Assembly: GCA_964035545.1 (NCBI GenBank)
Contig: OZ037766.1
Span: 7,802,722 to 7,866,721 of the forward strand
DNA length: 64,000 nucleotides
Direction: 5' to 3'
Origin: Bugula neritina
Lineage: Eukaryota > Animalia > Bryozoa
The notes under the pieces were generated by a model. The model did not search any database. It had not been told where the DNA came from and saw nothing but the letters and a program-made list of their open reading frames with translations. This document shows, one piece after another, positions 1-12,615 of the stretch. The stretch's first letter is position 1, and every line of letters begins with the position of its first letter. Both the position numbers and the translations under genes were made by a program.

Positions 1-858
1 AAAAACTTTCTGATTCACACTTTAAAAAGCAGCAATTTGCTACAGCTGATTTGTTCTAATGAAGACATATAAACGTTATGTTTTGCAAATAGAACATTTT
101 TTACCACCCAACTATGATCAGTGTAATAAGTATGGAAGGGAACTGAGAAACTAAGGTAATAGACAGTTAGCACCATGGTCTGCTTTAAAATATGTACAAT
201 AAAAAAATTTAATTTTCCTGGTCCAATTACCAGGCATTTTATCAACTGACTTGCAACCAAAAAGCAGCAGGAAAAAGTTGCTAATGTAAATCTCTACCAT
301 TGACCATCCTTGATTAATAATTCATATAAATATGCAATTTATTGAATGTGACAGTAGGTGTAATGTGACAAATCAAAAAGCTTGTTCTGTGTCATTAAAC
401 ATGCAATCATTCAACACTCTCAAGTGGAGTATTCCAATAAAGAAATGAAATTAAACTTGGCAAATGGCCATTGCACTCAAGTTAGTAAAGGAAATATGAC
501 TATTTGAGTTGTACTGTCCATTCAAATAAAATAGGGAAAGATAATCATTACAATCTCTGTTTTCACATCTTTTCGAGAGTGTAGCCAAAATTAGCAAGAT
601 CGAATGGAATGTTAGAAATTACTGTGTATTTGAAAATTGACTAGATAACCATAAATAAAATAATGCTATATTTACATTATTGAATTTGTAACATGATAGG
701 CTGCTCAATTAACTCCGTTAATGTAAGACATGTACATCTAATTTATAAAAAAAGTCAAGTTTTTATTACAAAATATCAAAACTTGTTCAAATTCTAAATA
801 ACTCCGTGCGTGCGTATTCACAGTCACAAAAAGAAAGTCTACGAAAACTCTAAAGCTC

Positions 859-3800
859 TCAGGAATACGAACTTTCGGGAGCTGACTTGTGAGCAATAGA
901 CAGGAAGAAGATGCTAGACAAAGCTGAGATTAAGAAGATAACGTCAAACCATCTGTGATAGAAACTGAACTGTAGCTCCCCCAGTACTTCTGTTATTATA
1001 GTTCTGCAAAATATGTATACGTAGTTACTGCTTAATACTGTATTAGATTTGCAATATATCTATATATAATATACTACTATACAGTCTACACTACTGTGTA
1101 CTTTAAAGCTGGTTAAATCATACATTTGCCACATTGTTAAAAGAATTTATCCCAGTGACTCTAAAATCTTGGATGATGTAAAATGTAATAAATGTTGATA
1201 TTTCATAATATGTGGTAACTGGTGTAGCAAAGATGCTGAAAAAAACTGCATTACAGTACTTATACTTTTTGATGAGAATATGTTGAAATGTTTGTAACAT
1301 TTCCTTTGCGTCACGCCATGTCTTTACCATAGCCTAAGTTTTCCAAGATAGCACAAGAGAATGTTCTGCCAAACAAACACTCATGTTTTTTTAGCTAAGG
1401 CTGCTTTGTTACATTATGTATCACAATTCAGTATAGGAGTAAAAAATTGTAAACAATATATGCCTTAAATTTCTTCAATATTATCATAATTATATAATAT
1501 TATTATAATTATATAATATTATTATAATGCCTATCTGGACCATTAATGGCCTTTGCCCCTTCACAGCTATATTACATATCATCAACTAGTTTATACTTAA
1601 AGTGAGACAATATTTCAGAAATAATTACCTATATTTTAATGGCATATTCATTCTCATCAGCAATACCGAAGACACGAAATACATGCCCTACAACAAAATT
1701 AATACATAACAATTGCCACAAATATGATCTTCAGAAACAGCAAACACAAACAAGTTATAAATCCAAAAAATTGGTAAGAAAAGTTTCCGACATTTAAGTA
1801 TGACCAAAACCATACAGACTAAAGAGACATGGTATATAATAATATTTACCATTAATTGCGCCAGAGCTAACACTATGATATTTGAAGATCGGGTGCTAGC
1901 CAAAGCATAGAAAAACTGCAAAAGGAAACATAGTTATAGCTTATAGATAACATAACATCTTAAAAAACATATCTTTAGTGACTTCCAAGTTCAAGGCCCA
2001 GTCAATCTATCCCATAAACAAATCCAACCCTAGTGATAATTCACTAAACAATGTTTTAGCAAAAAAAACAAGAAAAGGTAATAAATAGAATGGCTGAATA
2101 TTTTCATTAAAATTGTTAAAAAATTGCATGCGAACACTTTTATTTTACTACTTTCTTGCATCAAGATAAATAATTTGTGATGGAAGAGCACTTGCTCTAT
2201 TTCAATAATGAGTATATGCAATAACCAACAATGCAATAATGTCATATTGCTGACATAACCAGAGAGGGAAACCCCAGTAGATTTGTGAATACTTTCAGCA
2301 GACAATGTGCTAATTTGAAGAAACACAAAACTAATTTAACAGCAGATACACCTTGAAATCTATGGAGCATTTTAACTTGCATGTCTTGTGTGTGTATGTG
2401 CCAGAGTCAATCAATAACAGGTAAAAAATAATTGTAAATTATGGTAATTTATGCACCATTGATTGCAAGTTTTTGAAAACAAAAAGCTGGTTTAATACGA
2501 TTCATTGACTGATATAACTTGCTAGATCGGATTACAAAGCCACATTGATTAATGGTTGAACTCAACATTGAAAAATGTGATACAGAAAGTTTACTTTCAT
2601 AATTTATCACCATTACCTACATGTAAATGCTGTCAGATTCAATTTGTAAATTCTATAAATTAAAACCCCAAATGGTTTGATAAAAAGTTGGGCCTTGACA
2701 GTTTTCACTGATCAAACGACATACAATTAGCAACATTAAATTCCTGCATAATATGACTACTTGATACACCATAAAATAATAACACACACAATTACAACCT
2801 CTCAATTGTAATGCACATGGTTGAAATTGATTTAAAAATCAAAGGTATGCCTTAAATTTTTGTAAGAATATAAAAAAATATATTTAGACAAAAGCAGTAC
2901 CTAATCTGAATATATTATTATGCAATAGGTTGGCATATCAGAAAGGTATTTTTAAACCTCACTTGTGCTGTTAAAATACCGATCTCATACATATAAAGGG
3001 CAAAAGAGAGCATTCAACATAGCTGTGTGTGTATTTTTAGAAGTTAACCTGCATTACGCTGCCTTTTTTTACTGTAATTATGAAGATAAAAGCTCTTTGT
3101 GAATCAGACTACAGACCTTTGTAAGGGTGATGAGGAGTCCTCTAATAGAGGTGACCACCATAATGCCAATAAGCCAGAAAGAGATCTGCTGTGACCAGAA
3201 AACCACCTGCGCAGTGACCAACACAAATGCACTATTTATAACTTACATTCAACTTTTGAACTTTCCACTTTTAAATTAGTCACGCAACTTTCAATATTTA
3301 CACATTGTTGCGTTTAAAAAAGATATATATGAACAATGGTAAAATACAACCTTTATAACTATATGTGAAATTTAAAACGTTGATGGCAATGTTTTTACTC
3401 GTATAACAAGATTTAGATCTCACATGCTCAACATCGTGCATGTGCAAGTGTAACACATGGGAAATATGTCCTAGCACACGCACAATGCCCATGTATAACT
3501 TATACTTATTGTTTTTACACATGACTTTCTGAAATAACGACTCATTACGCAGAAATAGCTGTTATTAAATATGTGTAATTATAACTTAGTTGTATAAATG
3601 CACGTGTGTGTGAGTTAAACATGTGCAGCATAGGTACTTGGCATTGAGATATGCTATAAAGTACAGGTTAATGAATTATCACACAAATAAATATTTTCTC
3701 TTTTTTAAATTCAACAAATGTGAACCCTTAGCAGGTGTTTTGAATAATACTTACATCAAACTGTATAGCGAAATATTTGACAGCAATCTCGATACCTCTG

Positions 3801-6800
3801 GTAATAAGATCTGTCTTACCAACTCTATCGAATATTATGTTAATAGATGCCTAAAAAGATAATATTATGCATGTACTTTATTTTAACTATTTAAATTTAG
3901 TAAGATTTGTGATAAATGCTCTTACAGGTAACCTAATTAAAAAGTTCAGCCTATGCCGTGTAGTAAATGCACTCATTCTGTGAGAAGTACCAACAGTCTA
4001 ATTGCTTTGCTTATGACAATAGAAAAGGACCATCCTTGATTCTACTACGACACATTATGCAGTAAAATTGAGTAAATTACAAGTGTCAGAAATCAACCAG
4101 AGAATAGCATTGTAAAAAATATTCCTGTCACATCAATAAAAATCAAAACAAAACAAAAGCCCTGTAAAAGTATTATAGGCACGTTGATAAGATAAATAAT
4201 GTAAATACTAAAACAATAGTTACCATGAATATCTTGCCAATGCAATATATGGAGAAGAAATATCCCAGAAAATTAAAATATTTTCCTTTGAAAGTTTTTG
4301 AGAACCTTATCCGATCCTGTTCAATAAAATAATTATAATTAATAACAGCACTATTTGTAGTTGAGGAATAAACTTATAACATATACTCATATATAGTTGA
4401 CATGACACTGCAATGACTATAAAGTAGGAAAATAATAGCAACATCAATACTAAAATATTTGAAGTAATTTAGTGTATTTGTAATTGTACACTGGGTGTTA
4501 GAAAATAAATTTTTTAACCCTTTATATTTAAAAAATCTGAGACCTCATTGATCAGAGTTACAAATCTCCTGACTATCATTTACTAAAATATTCTTTGGCA
4601 GCAGGTCGCCTATTAACTATAATTACCTGGAAATGAAAATTGTACACAGAAAAACTTGACTATTCTTAAAAAACTGTTATATCAAGTCTGTTTAAGTTAT
4701 AGAAATCAAATTCTCTGTTCATACAGCAGACCGGTATTTCTGAATCATTGCCAAGTATTTCAAACGATTTAGATTGTTCATGTTCATATTCATCAACAGG
4801 TGAACATAAGAATTATTTAGGTTTGGCCAAGAAAATTCTTATCTTCGGGTAGACATTTCTTGATGCAAAAGTTTTAAAAAAAAGTATCAATACACAGTGA
4901 TTTGCTAAAATAAAATTATTACATACACTATTCGTGAAGAACCTATAGCAGAAAACATTGCAAGGGTGATAGCTACATCTACGTAAATTAGCAGCATAAA
5001 GAGAACATACTACAATTTGGCCTTTGTGTAGCTGTCTCTTGTAGTATATAAACTGTGCCTATGCGGCAGCACACCTACCTCAGTGTTTCTCAAATCAACC
5101 AACTCCAAAAATAACTGCCGGCTGACCTCCTCAGTAGCTTGCACATCCTGTTTGATTTGACTGATGGCTGAGAGGTGTGGTTAAAGGAGGGAGTATTAAA
5201 GAGAAAATATATGAGCACAGCCACGATAATAATTGCATATACCTGAGTTAAAGCCACAGCCATAATCTAATGAAACTCATGCCAACTTATAACAAATTGT
5301 ATGCAAATTATAATAATTTACATGTAAATTATGCCAAAGGTAAGGATACATGAACTGTTAGAAGATAATGGGTTGCTGAAATAACCCCAAAACCCTGGTT
5401 TATTGCTACCAGATAATTGTTCTCTCTCTGTCATAGCAATTCTAAAAATAGATGATAAAAAATATAAATGTATCTAAAAATAGATAATACGAAATACAAA
5501 TGTATTCTAAAAACATTTTGGAACTGAAAAATAAAAGATTAGGTAATTTTTCAGCAGGTAGTATTCCAAGTGAATACTTGAAAACACATTAACATTGCAA
5601 AATAAACAAAATCACAAAAAAGCTGTGATCTAGGGGTTAGAGAGTTTGCCTAGTAAACATGAAGTCTTGGGTTTGAGCCCAGACAAAGGCCAGTGGTGAT
5701 GTTAGGAAGAGCATCCAGTCATAATTGCTCCTGTGCCTCATCTAAATAAGTCTTTAGCCCGTTTCAACAAAAACTCTTTCCATCAGGGTCTTCTCACAGG
5801 AATAGTGACTACAAACTTCCGTGAGTTTTTTTATTTGATTGAAAAACAATTTTTAAAGCTAGATTAGCATTGCTAGTTTCTTGAATATAGAAAATTTTCA
5901 CAAATGTTTCTTGACTAACATATTTAGCAACCCTTGAAGTATATGCTGAAGTATATGCAGTATATGTATATTATATGAAGTATATGTATATTCAAGTATA
6001 TGCTTGAAGTGTTGTATCTTATTACATGAAATTATTATGAATATATTATGTAAAGAACATTTAAAATATTAAAACATTTATTAAATTAAGTGGTTGAATA
6101 AAACTATAGAGCTTATTTTAATGAACAATTTAAAAATGCTTCTCGTTGCTTTATTTGAGTTTTTTTGAAGAGAAACTGGAAATTTTCAAATGCAACATCA
6201 AAGCCTATGCATATACACTACAGATTTCAACCGTGCAATAACCAGCTTGGTAAGACAAGACAACTCTTCATGTACAATCAAAAATGTGTTTCGATCAAAT
6301 GAGTGAGAGCCAATAACACACCAGCATAGCACCTCTTTCATTTGTATCTATTATAAAATACGAAAATGAAACCAATTTGATTTGCCATTGAATGAATATG
6401 TGCTGCAGCTACAATAAGCGAATACTTATAGATTAAAGTTACCAAAATTGGTGGGTCTGCAAAAAAATTGTGTAAATTTGTATTTTAAATTTGTGACAGC
6501 AAGGCAGCTGATGTTATACTGTGAATGATTAGTGGAGTTATTGAAAACTTACTAATTCTGGGGCACGAAGTAAGATAATAAGGATACCATACCTCTTTTT
6601 CTTGAGTAATATTTGATCCATAGTTTGAAGTAGTCGTCTTTCTAAATCTTGAATGTCATTATCTGTAATACTTCTGCAATAAGCAAAGAAACATATAAAA
6701 ACAATTAAATATAATATATAATGTAAACAGTAAAAAATACAATTATCACACTATGGAATACAAGAGAAATTTCATCATCTGCAGGCGATCTACTATTACA

Positions 6801-9800
6801 TAGCAAAACTGGCACAGAGAAATTACTATTCCACTAGTATTTTATATGGAATCGGAGCATTTATAATAAAACTATAAAAATATAAATCACTGCTAGATAC
6901 ACATAGAGAGAGAAAGAATACCTAACAAAGTAGGACATGTAAGTGTAAGGACAATTGACAGCACCAAATCCTGAAAGAACAGCCATTAACGTTACTCCAA
7001 ATACACCAACTCTGCCAATACACTGTTCAATGCTGAATATCCCTGTAACAACATGAAATAAATTACAAAATACATGTTACATGCTTATGCATGGCTTCCT
7101 ATTGAGTTTATTAAATTGTCTGAAAAGAATAACAAGTTAAATGATTATGATATTTCTAATAATCTAGAGTATGAAAGTGTATGAGTTTTCAAACTCCATA
7201 GACCAGATCGTTGCTATGAATCGCCTGCAATTTTCTCCATAAAAAGGTGATGACAGTTCTGCATAAAAGGTTTTACAAAATAGGTTCAATCAATGATATT
7301 AGAAAAAACATTTTTAGTTGTTCACTAAAATTTTGCTTAAAGACAATAAAAATATTGCGTTTACCTCATTTCAAACCCTAGAGCAATATTTATGAGAAGA
7401 GTCACTATAATTATTCTGAAAAACAACTTTTTTAGAATGAAAAACCCTGCTATCTGTAATTAGCTAGTACATTCGATATAGCAAGCTCGATATATTACAT
7501 ATATATGTATATAAACACGCGACTGATCTTACCATGCCTGGGACTGAGTATAGGGAAGGGATCTCCTAATTTCCAGAAGAGAAACAGGAATCCTAACCAA
7601 GCTGCCGAGGCAAATGCAACTCTGATGATTCTTATTTTTGGAACTGAAGGTCAAAAGATAATTTTTATGACTAAATTGGTAAAAACCATATCTTGGTTTG
7701 AACATTGCAGGTTGCAGTTGAAACATGGTATAAATATTACATAACAAATGATAAAACTTGAACTGTACCATGATATATACTTGTTTATAGTACCTAGCTT
7801 AAAGTTTACCATCACAAAGTATCCTATGTAGAAGGGAATAATGAGTATTACTATTGTGAGCATAGAGTACAAAGCTATTTTCCAGCAAATTAGTCTTGAG
7901 CTACAACATAAAAGGGTAAGACAATTCAGTATAGCATAGTATTTTCTATAACTTATATTGGTATGAAATTAGCGTTAGAAAAAACAGTCTAGGAAAAACT
8001 TATAACTTCACTTTTTACTGGTACTAATATCAAATGTATTGGAAGACTTTTGTTATTCTTGAAATTGAGGTTATCACAAGTAATATGACATTTTTGACTT
8101 TTTACCCACAATCCGATTTTAAACTATTCCAGAAAAAAATTTCAAATTTGAAGCTTTAATTAAGCCTTCTTTAAAGCACCAGAGTAATTTTCAAGGTTAT
8201 ATTATTGCAAATTTACAAATGAATCAATTTTATCAGCTGGCCTAGGAACCAAACTTCCAGCAAGTCTCACAAATATTCAGTCAGATGAGATAGTCAGCAA
8301 ATTTTGCTGTCACACAACTCCAAGATAGAGGAATGATATGGGCCAGGACAATTCATGACCATTAACCATATATTTTTCAGAGCTGCTTGCATGCCTTTAA
8401 CGAGCTTAAATTTAAAAACTCAATTCTAAAACATATTACAATTTATTCCCCTTTCTTTTTTTTAAAAACTCAGCTTTGAATTTATCGAATAAATGACATG
8501 TGAGGTCTACAGATGATTCATAAAGAGTTTGCACAATTCAGGTGCAATTTTATACAAAACTTTCAAATGACAAGGTCATAAGGTAGTTGAAATTCAGCAA
8601 AAGTGTCAGATTAAAATAATAAGGCCAAAATTGAAAATTTTCTTATATGTCATTATAAATTTTTTCTAATATATATAATTATTGTAAACAGTCAAAGAAA
8701 TTATCTAATCAGATGGTAATTATTATATAATATGACAACTGTGATAACTAACTCACCTTGCATCCAACCAACCAATTATTTCAAATATAATCAGCTCAAA
8801 CATGGTACATGACAAAGCAAATGTCACTGAGAATACTACCCACACGACAAAGTGGTGAACCTGCAATACAATAATTTTAGATAAAGTACAATATATTCTC
8901 TAGAATCTAAATTAACTTAAATGCATATGCTGAGCTTTGACAACATTTTTGTAATTGCTATTAATTCTACACATGTACTCTATTCATGATTAAAATAGAC
9001 TCTCTAAAATATAAAACTTATATCAGTCAGCCTATGGCTATTTTCTTATTCATTACGTAGCAAACTTGTGTGTGTGCGGGCGGGTTTGCGTATCTGTGTG
9101 TTTGGTGTAGTGGTGTGTTAGTGTGTGTGTGTGTTAGTGTGTGTGTGTGTGTTAGTGTGTGTGTGTGTTAGTGTGTGTGTGTTAGTGTGTGTGTGTGTTA
9201 GTGTGTGTGTTAGTGTGTGTGTGTGTGTGCGTGCGTGTGTTTGGTGTGTGCGTGTGTGTGTGCATGTGTTTGGTGTGTGTGTGTGCCCATGAGTGTTTGG
9301 TGCAGTGGTGTATAAGTGCAAACTTCTTTACCTCATAATCCTTGAATAATCCCTTTAAGAAGAACACATAACCTCCTCCAAAAAATATTACCTAAAAATA
9401 TAAATGAGATGAATTGAGAAAAGTAGTAAAAAGTGAATGCCTTTAGAATGTAAGACACCACAATGGAGCTTAGTACAAATTGAAACATATTTTGTCAATA
9501 TAGATGTTTATGCCATTTGAAGTAGTCATGAATAATAAATACTGGGCTGTTTCAAATTGTCTCCAAATAATATTGACCATTATTGGGTGTCTATTCTTGT
9601 TCCTGTCCTGCCACTACCCAAAACTATTATAGCAAAGATTAATCATTTTTGTTTGAGCAAATGACATGTTGAAATGTGCAAAACCCACGCTTTCATACAA
9701 ATATCAACTTGAAGAGAGCCAATACGAGGCAGCAAGTGTTTCACATCATAAATTCAAAGACATAATTCTTAAACAGCTATTGCTTGTTTTATTGGTAACT

Positions 9801-11310
9801 GTATAAAAACATCTTGTAGCATTTGATAAAGCATATCTTAATAATCTCTATTAAAATATGGCTTTGGTTTCACACTTTGTAATTTAGACTATGGTGCTTT
9901 AGCAGCCAGACGTCTGATGCCACCAGCCTAAAACAGTTTTAGACTGCAAGTATAACTCAAACTTTTTACCAAGTGCAAATTCTAAATAGCTTACACTTTT
10001 TGTATTTGTATTCTTCTGATGAATTTGCTAAATTATGATGTAACATTGCTTAAATAAATATTGTTTTAAGTTATTTAAGCAATTGACTATTACATAACAA
10101 GTTTGACATTATATGTATTATGGTAGCGATTTCTAATGGTGTTATTTTATAATAATTATAGAAATTATCTGTAATTTAAAATAGCTAGAATAAAAACTAT
10201 TGATATATGTTTGTCTAATTTATTTATTTTGCTTTTTATTTGAACTGTCAAATGTAGGTACTTAATTATTAATTTGTATTGAATGTCGGCAAATTACCAA
10301 AAAAATTAACTGATTATCACCAAACACTTAGGCTATATTTATAATAATAGTAATGTAAAATACCATATCAGAATGCCAAATTGAATTGATTATTATGTCA
10401 AATTATAGACTTTATTAATGAAATTTAATTGTTTCCAGTTCATTTCCCTTTTTAGGCTTATGATTATCATACTGTAATTATAATAATTTATTTATATAAT
10501 TCAGTATGATTATCATTATAATTATAATGTGATTAGATTTTAATTTTATAATGATCATGATGATTTACTTTTAGATTATCCACATGATGGCCATATCATA
10601 TGTCAATGATGATGAGTAAAAATTTGTGATCAAATTTAAAAAGAAATGTTTTAATCAGCTGTATTTATAAATATAACTATCATAAATTTAGCATTAAGAT
10701 AACCATAAGTATTAGTATAATCACGTGTCTCATCATTATTATGATTATGATTATTTTCATCACTATACAACTACAAGTTAAAGCTGTAATACTAACTTCA
10801 AGTTAAACTTTTAGTTAAGGCTTGAAGTTAGCAACTTCTTATACTTATAGTTATACTACTAACGGTTAGTGAGTACTGACGTCTAACAGTAACACTAAGT
10901 CTAACTATGTCTAGTAAAATTTTGTAATACTAATAGTAATAGTTACTAAAAGTAAATAACTAGTAATCAACCACTAGTAGTAATACTAATAGTAATAGAT
11001 AGTAATAGTAATACTTAAATACTGAGTCTGACACTGATAGTAATACTAATACTAATACTTTTAGTACTATTACTATTACTATTAAGTATTACTATCACTA
11101 TTAGTATTAGTATTACTCAGTAATACTATTAGTAATAGTATTACTGAGTAATACTAATACTAATACTAATAGTAATACTAATACTTAATACTAATAGTAA
11201 TACTTAATAGTAATAGTAATAGTACTAAAAGTTCAAGTTGAAGTTGAGGCTCAACTTAGATTGCTTACCAAAGACAGCATCATAACGATAGAGTCTACTA
11301 CTAACGACAT
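859..11310 (-). CDS. GPR89: Golgi pH regulator (GPHR/GPR89), about 451 aa, 15 coding exons
   Basis: Exons in transcription order: 11310-11269, 9391-9332, 8860-8757, 7900-7794, 7643-7533, 7042-6922, 6673-6593, 5441-5350, 5167-5079, 4316-4224, 3850-3755, 3206-3117, 1915-1850, 1687-1629, 1003-859 (1356 nt, all GT-AG, phases consistent). Translation has GPR89 motifs [94 protein letters not shown]. Confidence 0.97.
5168..5349 (-). other. U12-type (minor spliceosome) GT-AG intron 8 of GPR89
   Basis: 5' splice site GTATCCTTA (consensus RTATCCTTT); branch-point-like TCCTTTAAC about 12 nt before the 3' CAG. The frame joins [14 protein letters not shown]. Confidence 0.88.
5621..5825 (+). mobile_element. 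Decayed tRNA-derived SINE-like element in GPR89 intron 7
   Basis: A-box-like TAGGGGTTAGAG and B-box-like GGGTTTGAGCCC (5669-5680) at tRNA-like spacing, followed by GTTAGGAAGAGCATCCAGTCATAA, which resembles a motif recurring in invertebrate SINE/RTE-associated repeats. The 3' boundary is approximate. Confidence 0.5.
9067..9312. repeat. (GT)n microsatellite interrupted by GTTAGT/GTTTGGT units
   Basis: Directly visible; it generates the spurious His/Thr-rich ORFs 9118-9321 and 9182-9367. Confidence 0.95.
10455..11232. repeat. Hexamer-periodic low-complexity array in GPR89 intron 1 containing a long palindrome (11057-11232)
   Basis: TGATTA/TCATTA-type units distally and AGTAAT/ACTAAT units proximally. 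11057-11095 is the exact reverse complement of 11194-11232, and 11099-11130 of 11134-11165. Confidence 0.9.
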
Positions 11311-11720
11311 GTTTATGTCTTAGTATATTTAGTTTTAATATTAAACAAGCAAGTTTGACATAACCGCAGATGCAAAAAGATTTCGTGGAACTTCCAAAGC
11401 TTCAAGGACAATTAGAATTAGCTGAACTCCAGGCGTTAACGTACCCTTAATTTTCACGGCAAAGGTTTACCAAATAACGTGCGGCTATAACCTCGCCGAT
11501 TTAGCTTAATAAAAGCAACAACGTGCTAATTGGACCCCATGTATGCAACGTGATTTGTCGCTCAACTTTCAGCTATATAATATCGATTTCATCAAGAAAT
11601 GTCTGTAGAGGTCAGCAATGCAGACGACTTAAAACTTAAATGGAAAGCGACCGTGTGCTGCTCTGACTCTCAGAAACAAACAAACGCCTGTCTGTTGAGC
11701 CAAATGGTCTAAACTAAAAA
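11311..11720. promoter_or_regulatory. Putative bidirectional promoter for GPR89 and SPO11
   Basis: Relatively CpG-rich unique sequence between divergent ATGs at 11310 (-) and 12616 (+). ATTGG near 11529, TATA-like GCTATATAA at 11572-11580, and a candidate non-coding exon donor GAG|gtcagc at 11610/11611. Start sites are not observable. Confidence 0.55.
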
Positions 11721-11723
11721 CTT

Positions 11724-12400
11724 TCTTTTTTTGCACTGCTACACAATAATACTTACATTTACAGAAACATTCTTGCAGACTAATAGTAATAGTAATACCG
11801 TATTAGTAATACTAATACTAATACTAATAGTAAATATAATACTCACTAATACTAATAGTAATAGTAATACTACTAGTAGTAGTAATACTAATAGTATTAC
11901 TATTAGTATTACTATTAGTATTATTATTGCTATTAGTATTGTTCTGGCAGTGTCTACAAAAACGTTCCTGTAAATGTTAATGTAAGTTGAAGTATTAATA
12001 TTATATTTATTGTGTATCAGTCAAAAAGATAATTATTAGTGATACTGATAGTAATACTAATACTTATAGACTTAGAGTTATACGGTTATACTTATACTAG
12101 TAGTTGGTATTAGTATTACACCCTCACTGATACTGGTAGTCATACTCATAGTCACACTGATACAGTTGATATTTACTAGTAGTAGTACTACTTACAGTTA
12201 CACTCATAACATTACCACTGTAATTTACTAATAAGTAATAATTACTAAAACTGTGTAAGACACTTACTGACTCGGTAATTCCCTAACAGTAACTGTAAAT
12301 TTTGGCGTGACTCTAAGTCTTACTCTTATTTTTAGTCTAACTGTAACTATAGTCTAATAAAAGCTCCATCATTAGGACTAAGAGTAACAGTATGAGTATT
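11724..12400. repeat. Fold-back element (11724-12029) plus degenerate hexamer array upstream of the SPO11 CDS
   Basis: 11755-11780 pairs with 11952-11977 (22/26) and 11724-11749 with 12007-12029 (imperfect). The enclosed AATAGT/AATACT array flips to ATTACT/ATTAGT, and NNNACT/NNNAGT periodicity continues to about 12400. Confidence 0.8.
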
Positions 12401-12615
12401 TGTGAAATGTACAAAATTTTAGTATAATAATTACTAAAATTGTATGGGAATAAAACTATAAAATTGTAGATGTGCCTAATCTATTATATAGGTTATAATG
12501 TATAGCAATAATGCTCTAAGTAGGAAAACTTGGTTTAATTTGCTATATGCCATGAAAAATACATGTACATGCTTTTATTTATGTAGAAATTGATTTTTGA
12601 GCTCTACCACGTAGA

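Noticed and set aside
11731-11973. 80-aa Ile/Asn/Ser/Thr-rich ORF
   Set aside because: It is a translation of the hexamer repeat with a TTG start and no coding support.
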